Shown here in pieces: positions 1 through 9,468 of a DNA stretch of 45,325 bases. The stretch spans positions 1 through 45,325 of the forward strand of contig JBFMCN010000033.1 in NCBI GenBank assembly GCA_040754475.1. The letters are read 5' to 3'. A model generated the notes under the pieces. The model ran no database searches. It saw only the letters and a list, made by a program, of their open reading frames with translations, and was not told where the DNA came from. Both the position numbers and the translations under genes were made by a program. Positions within the stretch are counted from its first letter, which is position 1, and each line of letters begins with the position of its first letter. Origin of the DNA: Actinomycetota bacterium. Its GTDB lineage: Bacteria > Actinomycetota > UBA4738 > HRBIN12.

Positions 1-2
1 CG

Positions 3-1010
3 TTCGACGACGGCGCCACCGCCTTGGTCCCGTCCCCGATCCCGTCCGACGCGCTGGGAGCCTACAAGCCGACCAACCAAGGGGGTTTCGGTGGCCCGGC
101 TCCCGCTCCTGCGGGGCCGTACGGCACGGCTCTGTCTGTGTTCGACGGCACGGACCCGAACGGAACTTGGAGCCTGTTCGTCTTCGACGACGAGCTGGGG
201 TACTCGGGATCCATCGCCAGCGGCTGGCGTCTGGACATCGCCACGAACGGCCCGACGATCACGTCCTTCGCCCCGGGGAGCGGACCGGTTGGTTCCACCG
301 TCGTGATCCGCGGAATGAAGTTCAAGGGCGCCGTGGCGGTGACCTTCGGCGGAGTCCCAGCCGACTTCACGGTGAACTCGGCCAAGCGGATCACTGCCAC
401 GGTGCCGGAGGAGGCCATCTCGGGCCCGATCTCGGTGACCACGCCGAAGGGCACCGGGGCCAGCTCCGCAACCTTCACGGTGATCCCGGTTCCGATGATC
501 GCTTCGTTCCGGCCCAGGAGTGGGGAGACGGGGAGGTCGGTCGTCATCATCGGGAGCAGCTTCACGGGGGCGTCCGCCGTCGAGTTCAATGACGTCTCTG
601 CGACGAGCTTCACCGTGGACTCCGACACGCAGATCACCGTCGTGGTCCCGGAGGGCGCGAGCGCCGGTCCGATCGCCGTCACGACCCCGGGCGGCACCGG
701 CACCAGCGCGACGGACTTCGTCGTGCGCCACGCGAGGGACGTATCGCTTGCCCTTGGAGCTTCCGAGGCAAGCGGGACTGTGGAGGTCCTGGACGGGTTC
801 GGGGCCTGTGCCTCCGAGGTTCCCGTCAGGGTCCAGTTCCGCGAGGGCGGCACGTGGAGGACCGTTGCCAGCGTGCTGACCGATGAGAGCGGCGGCTACT
901 CGGCCGGCGGAGTGAGCGGGTCGGGCAGGTACCGGGCGATCGCGGGGGCGACGACGCTCGGCTCCGGTGACAGGTGCATCAAGGACGTGTCACCGACGGC
1001 AACTAGCTAG
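3..1010 (+). CDS. Surface protein with P-domain-like region, two IPT/TIG domains and a C-terminal Cys-pair domain (5'-truncated by the window edge)
   Basis: Frame is open from position 3 (FDDGATALVPSP...). NGTWSLFVFDD motif, two PxIxSFxP...VVIxG...FTVxS...ITxxVP...GPIxVTTPxGT repeats. Clearly paralogous to 1036..2391. Confidence 0.8.
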   Translation, partial: FDDGATALVPSPIPSDALGAYKPTNQGGFGGPAPAPAGPYGTALSVFDGTDPNGTWSLFVFDDELGYSGSIASGWRLDIATNGPTITSFAPGSGPVGSTVVIRGMKFKGAVAVTFGGVPADFTVNSAKRITATVPEEAISGPISVTTPKGTGASSATFTVIPVPMIASFRPRSGETGRSVVIIGSSFTGASAVEFNDVSATSFTVDSDTQITVVVPEGASAGPIAVTTPGGTGTSATDFVVRHARDVSLALGASEASGTVEVLDGFGACASEVPVRVQFREGGTWRTVASVLTDESGGYSAGGVSGSGRYRAIAGATTLGSGDRCIKDVSPTATS

Positions 1011-1035
1011 AAGGAACAGGGGAAGGAGGGCCGAT

Positions 1036-2391
1036 ATGCATCTTCGTCATTCCGGGCTCAGGAGGGGGTGGGGAGCCGTAGGCGCGGTCGGCGGCTCGGT
1101 CTTCGCCCTCGTGCTCCTCGTGGGGATGATGGCCTTGCCGGCCGGCGCGGTCGTCTTCTCCAACTCGGCAAACATCGCGATCCCTACGGCCGGGATGGCG
1201 ACGCCCTACCCGTCGACGATCACGGTCTCCGGGCTTGCGGGCACGATCGTCGACGTGAACGTGATACTGACGGACGTGAGCCACTACTACCCGGACGACA
1301 TGGACGTTCTGCTCGTCGGGCCCTTCGGGCAGAACGTGATCCTGATGACGGATTGCGGTGGCCTCCACGCGATCACGAACGTCGACCTGGTGATCGACGG
1401 CCAGGTCGGCGCCATGCTTCCGGACACCGGCCAGATCTACTCGGGGAGCTACCAACCGACGCCCAACGGGACCTTCGACGCACCCTCCCCTTCGGGACCG
1501 TACGGCTTCTTGTTGTCGGCGTTCAACGGCACGAACCCGAACGGGACCTGGAGCCTTTACGTGTTCGACGATGACGCCGGAGCGCTCGGCTCGATCTCCG
1601 GCGGTTGGAGCCTGGACATCACCACGAACGGACCGGCGATCACGTCGTTCACCCCGCCCGGCGGGAATCCCGGCACATCGGTCGTGATCACGGGCACGAA
1701 CTTCACCGGCGCCACCTCCGTGACCTTCGGTGGGGTCGCCTCGACGAGCTTCACGGTGAACTCCGCAACTCAGATCACGGCGACGGTTCCTACGGGCGCG
1801 GTCACCGGTCCGATCGCTGTCACGACCGCCAATGGGACCGGCACGAGCGCCACGAACTTCACGGTGACCCCGGCGCCCACGATCACCTTGTTCACGCCCG
1901 CCAGGGGTACTGTGGGCACAGCCGTGGTCATCACGGGGACCGGGTTCACCGGCGCCACTGCGGTCACGTTCCACGGCACTCCCGCCGCGACCTTCACCGT
2001 GAACTCCGACACGCAGATCACGGCCACGGTCCCGGCGGGGGCGAGCACAGGGCCGATCGCGATCACGACTCCGGGCGGCACCGGCACCAGCGCGACGAAC
2101 TTCGTCGTGCGGCATGTGAGGGACATCTCACTCACCCTCGGCCGAAAGGCCAGGGGAACGGTGAACGTGACCGATGGGTTCTTGGCCTGTGCGTCCAACG
2201 TTCCCGTCAGGGTTCAGCACTACAACGGGGTGAGGTGGGTAACGGTGGCCAGCGTGCTTACGAACGCCGGCGGTGCCTACTCGGCCACCGGAGTGAGCGC
2301 TTCAGGCAGCTACCGGGCGATTGCGAGGGCGACCAAGCTCAGCTCCGGCGACAGGTGCATGAAGGACATCTCGCCGACGGCAACGAGGTAG
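1036..2391 (+). CDS. Secreted protein with proprotein-convertase P-domain-like region and two IPT/TIG domains
   Basis: Shine-Dalgarno GGAAGGAGG at 1021-1029, ATG at 1036; signal peptide ending ALPAGA; DVNV...H..PDDMDVLLVGP and NGTWSLYVFDD motifs; two IPT/TIG repeats. Confidence 0.85.
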   Translation: MHLRHSGLRRGWGAVGAVGGSVFALVLLVGMMALPAGAVVFSNSANIAIPTAGMATPYPSTITVSGLAGTIVDVNVILTDVSHYYPDDMDVLLVGPFGQNVILMTDCGGLHAITNVDLVIDGQVGAMLPDTGQIYSGSYQPTPNGTFDAPSPSGPYGFLLSAFNGTNPNGTWSLYVFDDDAGALGSISGGWSLDITTNGPAITSFTPPGGNPGTSVVITGTNFTGATSVTFGGVASTSFTVNSATQITATVPTGAVTGPIAVTTANGTGTSATNFTVTPAPTITLFTPARGTVGTAVVITGTGFTGATAVTFHGTPAATFTVNSDTQITATVPAGASTGPIAITTPGGTGTSATNFVVRHVRDISLTLGRKARGTVNVTDGFLACASNVPVRVQHYNGVRWVTVASVLTNAGGAYSATGVSASGSYRAIARATKLSSGDRCMKDISPTATR

Positions 2392-2411
2392 AGGCAGGCA
2401 TTGAGGTCGTT

Positions 2412-2437
2412 GAGGGAGCCGCCGAGGCGGCTCCCTC
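2412..2437. terminator. Hairpin, probable bidirectional terminator
   Basis: Perfect 12-bp inverted repeat GAGGGAGCCGCC / GGCGGCTCCCTC between convergent genes. Confidence 0.75.
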
Positions 2438-2443
2438 GCTTCT

Positions 2444-2866
2444 TCACGCGAACGGATCTTCGATCCTGACGTCCCCGAAGCGGCGGCCCGCTTGGAGGTC
2501 CTCGGTAGCCAGGCGTGTCGCACCCGCGCGGCGTGCAGCCTCCACGATGAGCGCATCCCAGAACGAGATCCGATGCCGTTCCTCCAGCTCCGAGGCGCCA
2601 AGGATCAGGTCGGCATCGACTCGCACGGTCGGCCATTCGCCGTAGAGGGCCACGACCTCACGAGCCGTGCGCCGGCTCATCGGCGGGTCGAACTTCCTGG
2701 TCGCGACGACGTAGAACTCCTGGAGCACCTGGGTGCTGAGCGCCCCCGTGCGCTCCTCCCAGAGAGTCTCGAGCAGTGCCTTGGCGAGCGGCTGCTTGCG
2801 GGTATCGGATCGGTCGTGCGCGTATGCGAGCACGTTCGTGTCGACGAACGTCCGGGCCCCGATCAT
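2444..2866 (-). CDS. vapC: PIN-domain (VapC-family) toxin
   Basis: FVDTNVL, STQVLQEFY, SFWDALIVEAA and TEDL acidic motifs; 140 aa; ATG overlaps the antitoxin stop (ATGA). Confidence 0.9.
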   Translation of the reverse strand: MIGARTFVDTNVLAYAHDRSDTRKQPLAKALLETLWEERTGALSTQVLQEFYVVATRKFDPPMSRRTAREVVALYGEWPTVRVDADLILGASELEERHRISFWDALIVEAARRAGATRLATEDLQAGRRFGDVRIEDPFA

Positions 2867-3108
2867 CCGCCGCTGTCGCGATCGTGAAGCTCGTCCCGGC
2901 GCCAGGCTCTTCCGCCTCGAGGTGTCGACGCCGCCATGAGCTCCGTGGCACGACGCCGGGCTTCCTCGAACCGGGCGTCTTCGGCGACCAACTCCTCCAG
3001 CTCGCGTGCCACGAGGCCGCTCACGGAGGTGCCTCGCTTTGCCGCGACGACCTTCGCGCGCCGGATCACGTCCTCGTCGAGCTGGACGGTGAGGTTCCTT
3101 CTCGCCAC
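2863..3108 (-). CDS. Ribbon-helix-helix antitoxin (VapB-like)
   Basis: GTG start after GGAGG; NLTVQLDEDVIRRAKVVAAKRGTSVSGLV RHH pattern; C-terminal WRRDELHDR; translationally coupled to the PIN gene. Confidence 0.85.
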   Translation of the reverse strand: MARRNLTVQLDEDVIRRAKVVAAKRGTSVSGLVARELEELVAEDARFEEARRRATELMAASTPRGGRAWRRDELHDRDSGG

Positions 3109-3258
3109 TGCCGCCTCCACAGTCGAACGCGTGGACCGCAGGATACCACCTGGCACCCGTCATCCCGAAAGCGACGGCGCACGGCGGCGCGCCGAGCCCT
3201 GCTGGTGTCTGCGCCGTGACCAATCGCGGTCCCCTTCGGAGCGAGGAAGGTATCAGGC

Positions 3259-3618
3259 ATGCCCGTCAGATCGTTGAGTTCGTCCGTTCTCAGATGGCCT
3301 GATCGGGCCGAGGTCGACGCCGGTGTCCGTCGGTGGGCGTCGATGGTCGCCGAGAAGGGTGACCGGGTGCGCCGGATCGGCTACTTCGGCTCCTACGCCC
3401 AGGGGGATTGGGGTGTCGGTAGCGACGTCGATCTGGCGGTCGTCGTCGAACGAAGCGAGCTTCCCTTCGAGCGCAGGGCTCTCGAGTTCGACGCCACGGG
3501 CCTTCCGGTTCCCGCCGATCTGCCGGTCCATACGGTTGCCGAGTGGGACAGCCTCCTGCAGGGGGGCGGCTGGCCACGAGCGGCGATGGGCGAGGTCGTC
3601 TGGGTCTGCGAGCGCTGA
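3259..3618 (+). CDS. Minimal nucleotidyltransferase (MNT) domain protein
   Basis: GS-X10-DXD motif (GSYAQGDWGVGSDVD); 119 aa; N-terminus MPVRSLSSSVLRWPD. Confidence 0.85.
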   Translation: MPVRSLSSSVLRWPDRAEVDAGVRRWASMVAEKGDRVRRIGYFGSYAQGDWGVGSDVDLAVVVERSELPFERRALEFDATGLPVPADLPVHTVAEWDSLLQGGGWPRAAMGEVVWVCER

Positions 3619-3761
3619 CCCTCGAAGTGGCCGGTCATAGGGCCTGAATGTCTGCGCGGTGCGTTTCCGCTGGTAGTAGGCCTGTGATGGCGGCGGAGGC
3701 CGGCGCGAGCCCGAACTTACATAGACGCACGAGCGGGGCGCAAGGTTCCGGCGATCTGCGT

Positions 3762-3791
3762 TTGATATCTCACAAGCGTTTCCCATAGAGT
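3762..3791 (+). promoter_or_regulatory. Putative sigma70-type promoter for the Ca-binding repeat gene
   Basis: TTGATA-N18-TAGAGT in a locally AT-richer patch upstream of 3845. Confidence 0.5.
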
Positions 3792-3844
3792 CGACTTGCC
3801 CGCATCGGAACGCCTCGCGTTCCCCCGAAGTGAGAGGGGGCCTC

Positions 3845-6415
3845 ATGTCTGTTCGAAAGACCTTCCGAAGCAAGCCGCGGCGACCCGGAGGAGTGATGAG
3901 ACGCGTCGGCGCGGCCGCCTTCGCGGGAGCGCTCGCCGCCTTCGTGGTCGGCCTGACCGCCATCCCCGCCTCGGCCGTGACGACATGCGCGGGCGGGGCC
4001 CCGACGCTCACGATCAGCATGGGGGCCGGCGACTCGGCGGGGGTCGTCCTGGGAGGCGGCCCCGGCGATCCGTTAACCATCACCGTGATCGGTGGAGGCG
4101 GCAGCTGCACGGGCCCCTACAACACGAACACGACCACCACGATCGCGTTCGCCGAGGGCGCGGCCGGGAATCAGACGGTGACGATCGATCAGGCGGGAAC
4201 GGCTCCGTTCCCTCACCAGAACACGACGAGCATCACGCTCGCCATGGGCGGTGGGACCAATGCCCTCGTCATCACCGGACAAGCGTCGGGTGACAGCATC
4301 ACGATCGGCGGTGCCGGCGTGGACCTGAATGGCGGTGGTAACGACGTGACCGCGCTCGGCGGCGTCGGGAGCGTGACGGTCAACTCGGGGGGCGGCGACG
4401 ACACGGTGAACGGCTCCGGGTCCGCCTTGCCCCTCACGCTCAACGGCGGCTCCGGAGACGACACGCTGACCGGTGGTACCGGCAACGACACGATCACCGG
4501 CGGCGACGGCAACGACAACATGGTCGGCGGGGGCGGGACCGACACGGCCGACTACTCGGGGGCGGCCTCCGGCGTGACCGTGAGCCTGGCCGTCACCACG
4601 GCGCAGGCCACGGGGGGCGCGGGCACGGACACGATCACGAGCGGCGTCGAGAACCTGTCCGGTTCCGAGCACAACGACACGTTCACCGGCGATCCGAACG
4701 CCAACTCTCTGAACGGCGCGGGCGGTATGGACACGCTCGAGGGCCGCGCCGGCGCAGACATCATCAACGGTGGCACCGGAACCGACACGGCGAGCTACGC
4801 GAACTCCACCGCTGCCGTGACCGTCACGGTGAACGGAGCCGCCACCGGTGGGGACGCGGCCGGCGACACCCTCTCGAACCTCGAGGGTCTCATAGGCTCC
4901 GCGCTGAACGATACGCTGACCGGCGACGCCGGCAACAACGTCATCAACGGCGGAGCCGGCAACGACACTCTCGTGGGCGGAACGGGTACGGACACCCTCG
5001 ACTACACGGGCACGACGGGGGCCGTCACCGTGAGCCTGGCTATCACCACCGCTCAGGCGACCGGCGGAGCCGGCACGGACACAGCCTCCGGATTCGAGAA
5101 CCTCACGGGCGGGCTCGGGGGCGACACCTTGACCGGCGACGCGAACGCGAACGTCCTGACCGGCGGCGACGGCAACGACATCCTCCGGCCCGGGCTCGGC
5201 AACGACACCGTGGCCGGCGGGAACGGCACCGACACCGCCGACTACACGGGTACGGCGGCCGCCATAACGGCGACCCTGACCTCGGTGACCGGCGGGGCGG
5301 GGACCGACACGCTGACGGGCATCGAGAACCTGACCGGAGGGACCGGCGGCGACACCCTTACCGGCGATGCTGCCAACAACGTGCTGATCGGCGGCGACGG
5401 CAACGACACCCTGGTCGGTGGTCTCGGAAACGACACGCTTACCGGCGGGAGTGGCACCGACACCGCGAGCTACGCGTCGTCGACCGGCACGATCACCGTC
5501 AACCTCGCGACGACCGCGGCGCAGAACACCACCTCCGCCGGGACCGACACCATCACGACGGTCGAGAACGTGACGGGTGGGAGCGGGAACGACACGTTGA
5601 CCGGCGACGGCGCCGCCAACGTGATCATCGGCGGTGCCGGCGACGATCTCCTGAACGGCGGTGCCGGCGACGACACCCTCACCGGCGGCGACGGGATCGA
5701 CACCGTCACCTACGCCGGCACCACGGGTACGGTCACCATCAACCTCGCGACGACGGCGGCACAGAACACCACCTCCGCCGGGACCGACACAATCACGACG
5801 GTCGAGAACCTGACGGGCGGCGTCGGGGGCGATCGTCTGACCGGCAACACCGGTGCGAACGTGATCGACGGCGGCGACGGCAACGACACGATCGACGGCG
5901 GCGCCGGCAACGACACGCTCACAGGCGGAGCCGGCACGGACACGGCGAGATTCGCCTCGTCGACGTCCGGTGTGACCGCGAATCTGACGTCGGGGACCGC
6001 GACCGGCAACGGAACCGACACGCTGACCGGATTCGAGAACCTGACCGGGTCGAGCAAGGCCGACACGCTCACCGGCACTTCCGGGGCCAACGTCCTGAAG
6101 GGCGGCGACGGCAACGACGAGATCGTCGGAGGCGGCGGCGACGACAAGGTCCAGGGCGGCACCGGGAAGGACGATCTGCAGGGTGGCCAGGGCAACGACA
6201 CGGTCGGCGGCGGCGCCGGCAACGACACGATGAGTGGCGGAGTCGGCAACGACGTCCTGAAGGGCGGCACAGGGAACGACGACATGCTGGGCGGGCCCGG
6301 CAACGACGTCCTGAGGGGCGGCCCCGGGAACGACGACCTGCTCGCCGGACCGGGCACCGACACGTGCAACGGCGGTCCGGGCACCAACACGTTCGGCAGC
6401 TGCGAATTGCCGTAG
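3845..6415 (+). CDS. Large secreted calcium-binding protein with RTX/hemolysin-type GGxGxD repeats
   Basis: Dozens of GGxGNDxL nonapeptides alternating with DTADY...VxVxL...DT...ENLTG units; Sec-type signal peptide (...IPASA); alternative start at 3896. Confidence 0.9.
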   Translation: MSVRKTFRSKPRRPGGVMRRVGAAAFAGALAAFVVGLTAIPASAVTTCAGGAPTLTISMGAGDSAGVVLGGGPGDPLTITVIGGGGSCTGPYNTNTTTTIAFAEGAAGNQTVTIDQAGTAPFPHQNTTSITLAMGGGTNALVITGQASGDSITIGGAGVDLNGGGNDVTALGGVGSVTVNSGGGDDTVNGSGSALPLTLNGGSGDDTLTGGTGNDTITGGDGNDNMVGGGGTDTADYSGAASGVTVSLAVTTAQATGGAGTDTITSGVENLSGSEHNDTFTGDPNANSLNGAGGMDTLEGRAGADIINGGTGTDTASYANSTAAVTVTVNGAATGGDAAGDTLSNLEGLIGSALNDTLTGDAGNNVINGGAGNDTLVGGTGTDTLDYTGTTGAVTVSLAITTAQATGGAGTDTASGFENLTGGLGGDTLTGDANANVLTGGDGNDILRPGLGNDTVAGGNGTDTADYTGTAAAITATLTSVTGGAGTDTLTGIENLTGGTGGDTLTGDAANNVLIGGDGNDTLVGGLGNDTLTGGSGTDTASYASSTGTITVNLATTAAQNTTSAGTDTITTVENVTGGSGNDTLTGDGAANVIIGGAGDDLLNGGAGDDTLTGGDGIDTVTYAGTTGTVTINLATTAAQNTTSAGTDTITTVENLTGGVGGDRLTGNTGANVIDGGDGNDTIDGGAGNDTLTGGAGTDTARFASSTSGVTANLTSGTATGNGTDTLTGFENLTGSSKADTLTGTSGANVLKGGDGNDEIVGGGGDDKVQGGTGKDDLQGGQGNDTVGGGAGNDTMSGGVGNDVLKGGTGNDDMLGGPGNDVLRGGPGNDDLLAGPGTDTCNGGPGTNTFGSCELP
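5501..5817 (+). repeat. Intragenic near-identical direct repeat with 240-nt period
   Basis: 5501-5577 and 5741-5817 differ at 4 of 77 nt (both encode NLATTAAQNTTSAGTDTITTVEN). Confidence 0.9.
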
Positions 6416-6433
6416 GGCGCTAACGGTTGCAGG

Positions 6434-6469
6434 GGAACGGGGCCGGCGCTTCCGCGCCGGCCCCGTTCC
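6434..6469. terminator. Strong hairpin, probable bidirectional terminator
   Basis: 16-bp perfect stem GGAACGGGGCCGGCGC / GCGCCGGCCCCGTTCC with TTCC loop, between convergent genes. Confidence 0.85.
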
Positions 6470-6475
6470 TTACGT

Positions 6476-7642
6476 TCAGGGCTCGTCGGGATCCGGGCCG
6501 GGCAGGACCAGCAACGCCGTGGAGACCGAACGCTCGCCTCCGTCCGACACTCGGTTCACCACGTTGCCGCGGACGACCATGGTGGTCGAGCCGCCCCCGT
6601 CGAGGTTCAGCGCCGAAGTGGCGCCGAGCCGCATGAAGATCTCCGCGAACTCGTGCATCGTGGCGCCGACCGACCACTTGTGCTGGCGCCCATCGACGAC
6701 CACGAGCAGCACCTTCCCGTCCTGGGTCATGCCGACGCCCGTCCGCGGGTTTCGGCGGCACACCGAGCCGACGCAATCGCCGACCACGTCCTGGCCCTCG
6801 GCGACGAGGAGCGGTACCCCGCCGATCGCGTCGTAGACGTTCGCCCAGCCGAACGTCCAGGTGATGGTGAAGCTCGTGCCCGGCGCCAGCGCGAGCAGCC
6901 GGTTCGCCTCGTCGGAGCCCGGGATCGCCGACAGGACCACGCCTCCGTTCCTTTCGAGCGACGACTCGAAGCATCCCGCCTGCTCGACGGTATAGGTCTG
7001 CGTCAGGCCGGTCCCGGCGGAGGCGGGCGCGAGCGTTCCGAACGGGATCAGGCGAACCGAGCAGGACCCGGCCGGCGGGGCTGCGAGCGTCCCGCCGACC
7101 GGCGAGTACGCTGCGATCTCGCCGACACCCGGCGTTCCGTCGTTCCAGCGGTCGATCGTCCAGCTCATGCCCGCGGCGTCGACCGCCGTGACGAGCTGCG
7201 CCGGCCGGCCGAAGAACGTGTTCTGCTCATCCTCGGACCAGGCGAACAGCGCTCCGGCGTCGGCCGAGGTGCGGACGAGGTCGCCGTCCTGTGCGAACGG
7301 GTGAGCCGGCCCGCCGAACGAAGAGCCGAAGTCGCCGTTGACCGCAGCGATCGCGCCCTGGCGCTCCGCGATCACGCTCGTGCGGGCCCGCGCCGGCATC
7401 TCTGCCCCTGCCAGCGCGACGTCGAGCGTGAGACGCGCCGACGGGTCCGCGGTCAGGACGAAGATGCGCCACCTCGGCTTCTTCGCGACGATCTTCGTGA
7501 GCGCGAGGCCCGGCGCGATCCTCCGCGTCTTGGAGGTCCAGGAGGCGCCGGCTGCGCGTCCGCCGGCCGGGGCCTCGGACAGGGTCAGCGGGAGCAAGAG
7601 GACGACGAGAACGGCGGCAGAACGCCGGAGGTTGGGTTTCAC
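6476..7642 (-). CDS. Secreted phosphodiester glycosidase (NAGPA) family protein
   Basis: AIAAVNGDF, NPRTGVG, LVVVDGRQ and ALNLDGGGSTTM motifs; signal peptide. Confidence 0.9.
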   Translation of the reverse strand: MKPNLRRSAAVLVVLLLPLTLSEAPAGGRAAGASWTSKTRRIAPGLALTKIVAKKPRWRIFVLTADPSARLTLDVALAGAEMPARARTSVIAERQGAIAAVNGDFGSSFGGPAHPFAQDGDLVRTSADAGALFAWSEDEQNTFFGRPAQLVTAVDAAGMSWTIDRWNDGTPGVGEIAAYSPVGGTLAAPPAGSCSVRLIPFGTLAPASAGTGLTQTYTVEQAGCFESSLERNGGVVLSAIPGSDEANRLLALAPGTSFTITWTFGWANVYDAIGGVPLLVAEGQDVVGDCVGSVCRRNPRTGVGMTQDGKVLLVVVDGRQHKWSVGATMHEFAEIFMRLGATSALNLDGGGSTTMVVRGNVVNRVSDGGERSVSTALLVLPGPDPDEP

Positions 7643-7666
7643 GGCGATACATCCTAGAGTGGGTGG

Positions 7667-8917
7667 ATGCGTAGAGCGAGCCTACTTCTGTTCGTGCTGC
7701 TCACAGCCCTGCCCATTCTCCCGCCGGCGACGCAAGTGGCCGGGGCGGCGTTCCCGAGCACCAACGGGTTGATCGCCTTCCGGTCGGATCGGAGCGGGAG
7801 CGCCGACGTGTACGAGATGGACGCGAGCGGCGGCTCGCAGACCGACCTGACCCGCTCCGCCGGAATCGAGGAGATGGACCCGGCGTGGTCGCCGGAGGGC
7901 GAGCGGATCGCCTTCGCGCGGCGGGCTGCACCTGCGCAGAAGGCGGACCTGTTCGTGATGAACGCGAGCGGCAAGGCCCGGATGCGCCTGACGAGCACGC
8001 CGGTCGCGGAGCGGCACCCCTCGTGGTCGCCGGACGGCACGATGCTCGCGTACTCGGCGCGCACGAGCCCCACCGGGCCTTCCCGGATCTTCGTGATCAA
8101 TGCCGACGGGACGGGGAAGCGGCAGCTCACCTCCCAGGATTCGGGCACCTACGACACCGATCCGGTGTGGTCGCCGGACGGCGCGCGCATCCTGTTCGCG
8201 AGCAACCGCGACGGCGGCTTCCCGGAGCTGTACGTGATGAACGCCGACGGGACGGTTCAGACGCGCCTGACCTACAACCAGGAGGTGGACACCGACCCTG
8301 TGTGGTCTCCCGACGGCACGCGGATAGCGTTCGTGCGCTGCTGCGCTCTCGGGAACCAGGAGATCCACGTGATGAACGCCGACGGGACCGGCGAGACGGA
8401 TGTCACGAACACGCCCACACTGCACGAGTCCGACCCCGCCTGGTCGCCCGACGGTCAGCTGATCGCATACTCGGCGCTTCCGACGGGTGGCGGCAACATC
8501 GACGTCTACGTCATGAGCTACTACGGAGCCGGACAGGCGCGGCTGACGACCGACCCGGCGCCCGACCTCTCGCCGAGCTGGCAGCCCGACCCGATCTGCA
8601 CCATCCGCGGCACGAAGGGCTCCGACCAGCTCTGGGGAACGGCCGGCGACGACGTGATCTGCGCGGCGGGCGGAGACGACATCGTCTACGCGGGGGAGGG
8701 CTCCGACCTCGTCTACGGCGGGAGGGGGAACGACACGCTCTGGGGGGAGGGCGGCAACGACCTGCTCCTCGGATCGGTGGGTAACGACGTGCTCGACGGT
8801 GGAACCGGGTTCAACGTCCTGATCGGCGGCGCCGGAACCGACACGTGCACCCTGGGCCCGGAGGGCGCTCTCCTCAAGCAGTGCGAGGTTCTCTCGACCC
8901 TCCTCCCCCCAGGCTGA
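7667..8917 (+). CDS. Secreted TolB-like (PD40) beta-propeller with C-terminal Ca-binding repeats
   Basis: Five P.WSPxG..IAF-type repeats, then CTIRGT.G.D.L.GT.GDDVIC and GGxGxD repeats; signal peptide. Confidence 0.9.
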   Translation: MRRASLLLFVLLTALPILPPATQVAGAAFPSTNGLIAFRSDRSGSADVYEMDASGGSQTDLTRSAGIEEMDPAWSPEGERIAFARRAAPAQKADLFVMNASGKARMRLTSTPVAERHPSWSPDGTMLAYSARTSPTGPSRIFVINADGTGKRQLTSQDSGTYDTDPVWSPDGARILFASNRDGGFPELYVMNADGTVQTRLTYNQEVDTDPVWSPDGTRIAFVRCCALGNQEIHVMNADGTGETDVTNTPTLHESDPAWSPDGQLIAYSALPTGGGNIDVYVMSYYGAGQARLTTDPAPDLSPSWQPDPICTIRGTKGSDQLWGTAGDDVICAAGGDDIVYAGEGSDLVYGGRGNDTLWGEGGNDLLLGSVGNDVLDGGTGFNVLIGGAGTDTCTLGPEGALLKQCEVLSTLLPPG

Positions 8918-8923
8918 TCCGCG

Positions 8924-9436
8924 TCAGTCCTCGAGGACCCGGACACGCTCGAGGACGACATCGGTGGCCGGCCGATCCTGGGCGGCGGTTGGGGCCTTCG
9001 AGATCGCCTCGACCACCTCGTAGCCGTCGGTCACCTCGCCGAAGATCGTGTGCTTGCCGGTCAGCCAGCGTGTCGGGGCCACCGTCACGAAGAACTGAGA
9101 GCCGTTCGTGTTCGGCCCGGCGTTGGCCATCGCGAGCAGCCCGGGCCGGTTGAAGGACGGTCCACCGGGCGGGCACTCGTCCTCGAAGCTGTAGCCCGGC
9201 CCGCCGGTGCCGGTCCCGGCCGGATCGCCGCCCTGGATCATGAAGTCCGCGATCACGCGGTGGAAGATCGTCCCGTCGTAGAGCGGCTCCTTCTTCGTCC
9301 GTCCGTCGCGCGGATCGGTCCACTCGCGCGACCCGGTGGCGAGCGCGACGAAGTTCGCAACGGCCTTCGGAGCGTGCTCGGGCATCAGCTTCACGGTGAA
9401 CGAGCCCGCCGTGGTCTCGAACGTGGCACTGGGCAT
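8924..9436 (-). CDS. ppiA: Cyclophilin-type peptidyl-prolyl cis-trans isomerase
   Basis: FHRVIADFMIQGGDP, LAMANAGPNTNGSQFF and KHTIFGEV motifs. Confidence 0.95.
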   Translation of the reverse strand: MPSATFETTAGSFTVKLMPEHAPKAVANFVALATGSREWTDPRDGRTKKEPLYDGTIFHRVIADFMIQGGDPAGTGTGGPGYSFEDECPPGGPSFNRPGLLAMANAGPNTNGSQFFVTVAPTRWLTGKHTIFGEVTDGYEVVEAISKAPTAAQDRPATDVVLERVRVLED

Positions 9437-9468
9437 CTCGGTTCCCTTCGCTCGGGTCGGTGGCCAGT

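Noticed and set aside
2392-3700. TA region as a mobile element
   Set aside because: No transposase, integrase, terminal inverted repeats or target duplication detected.
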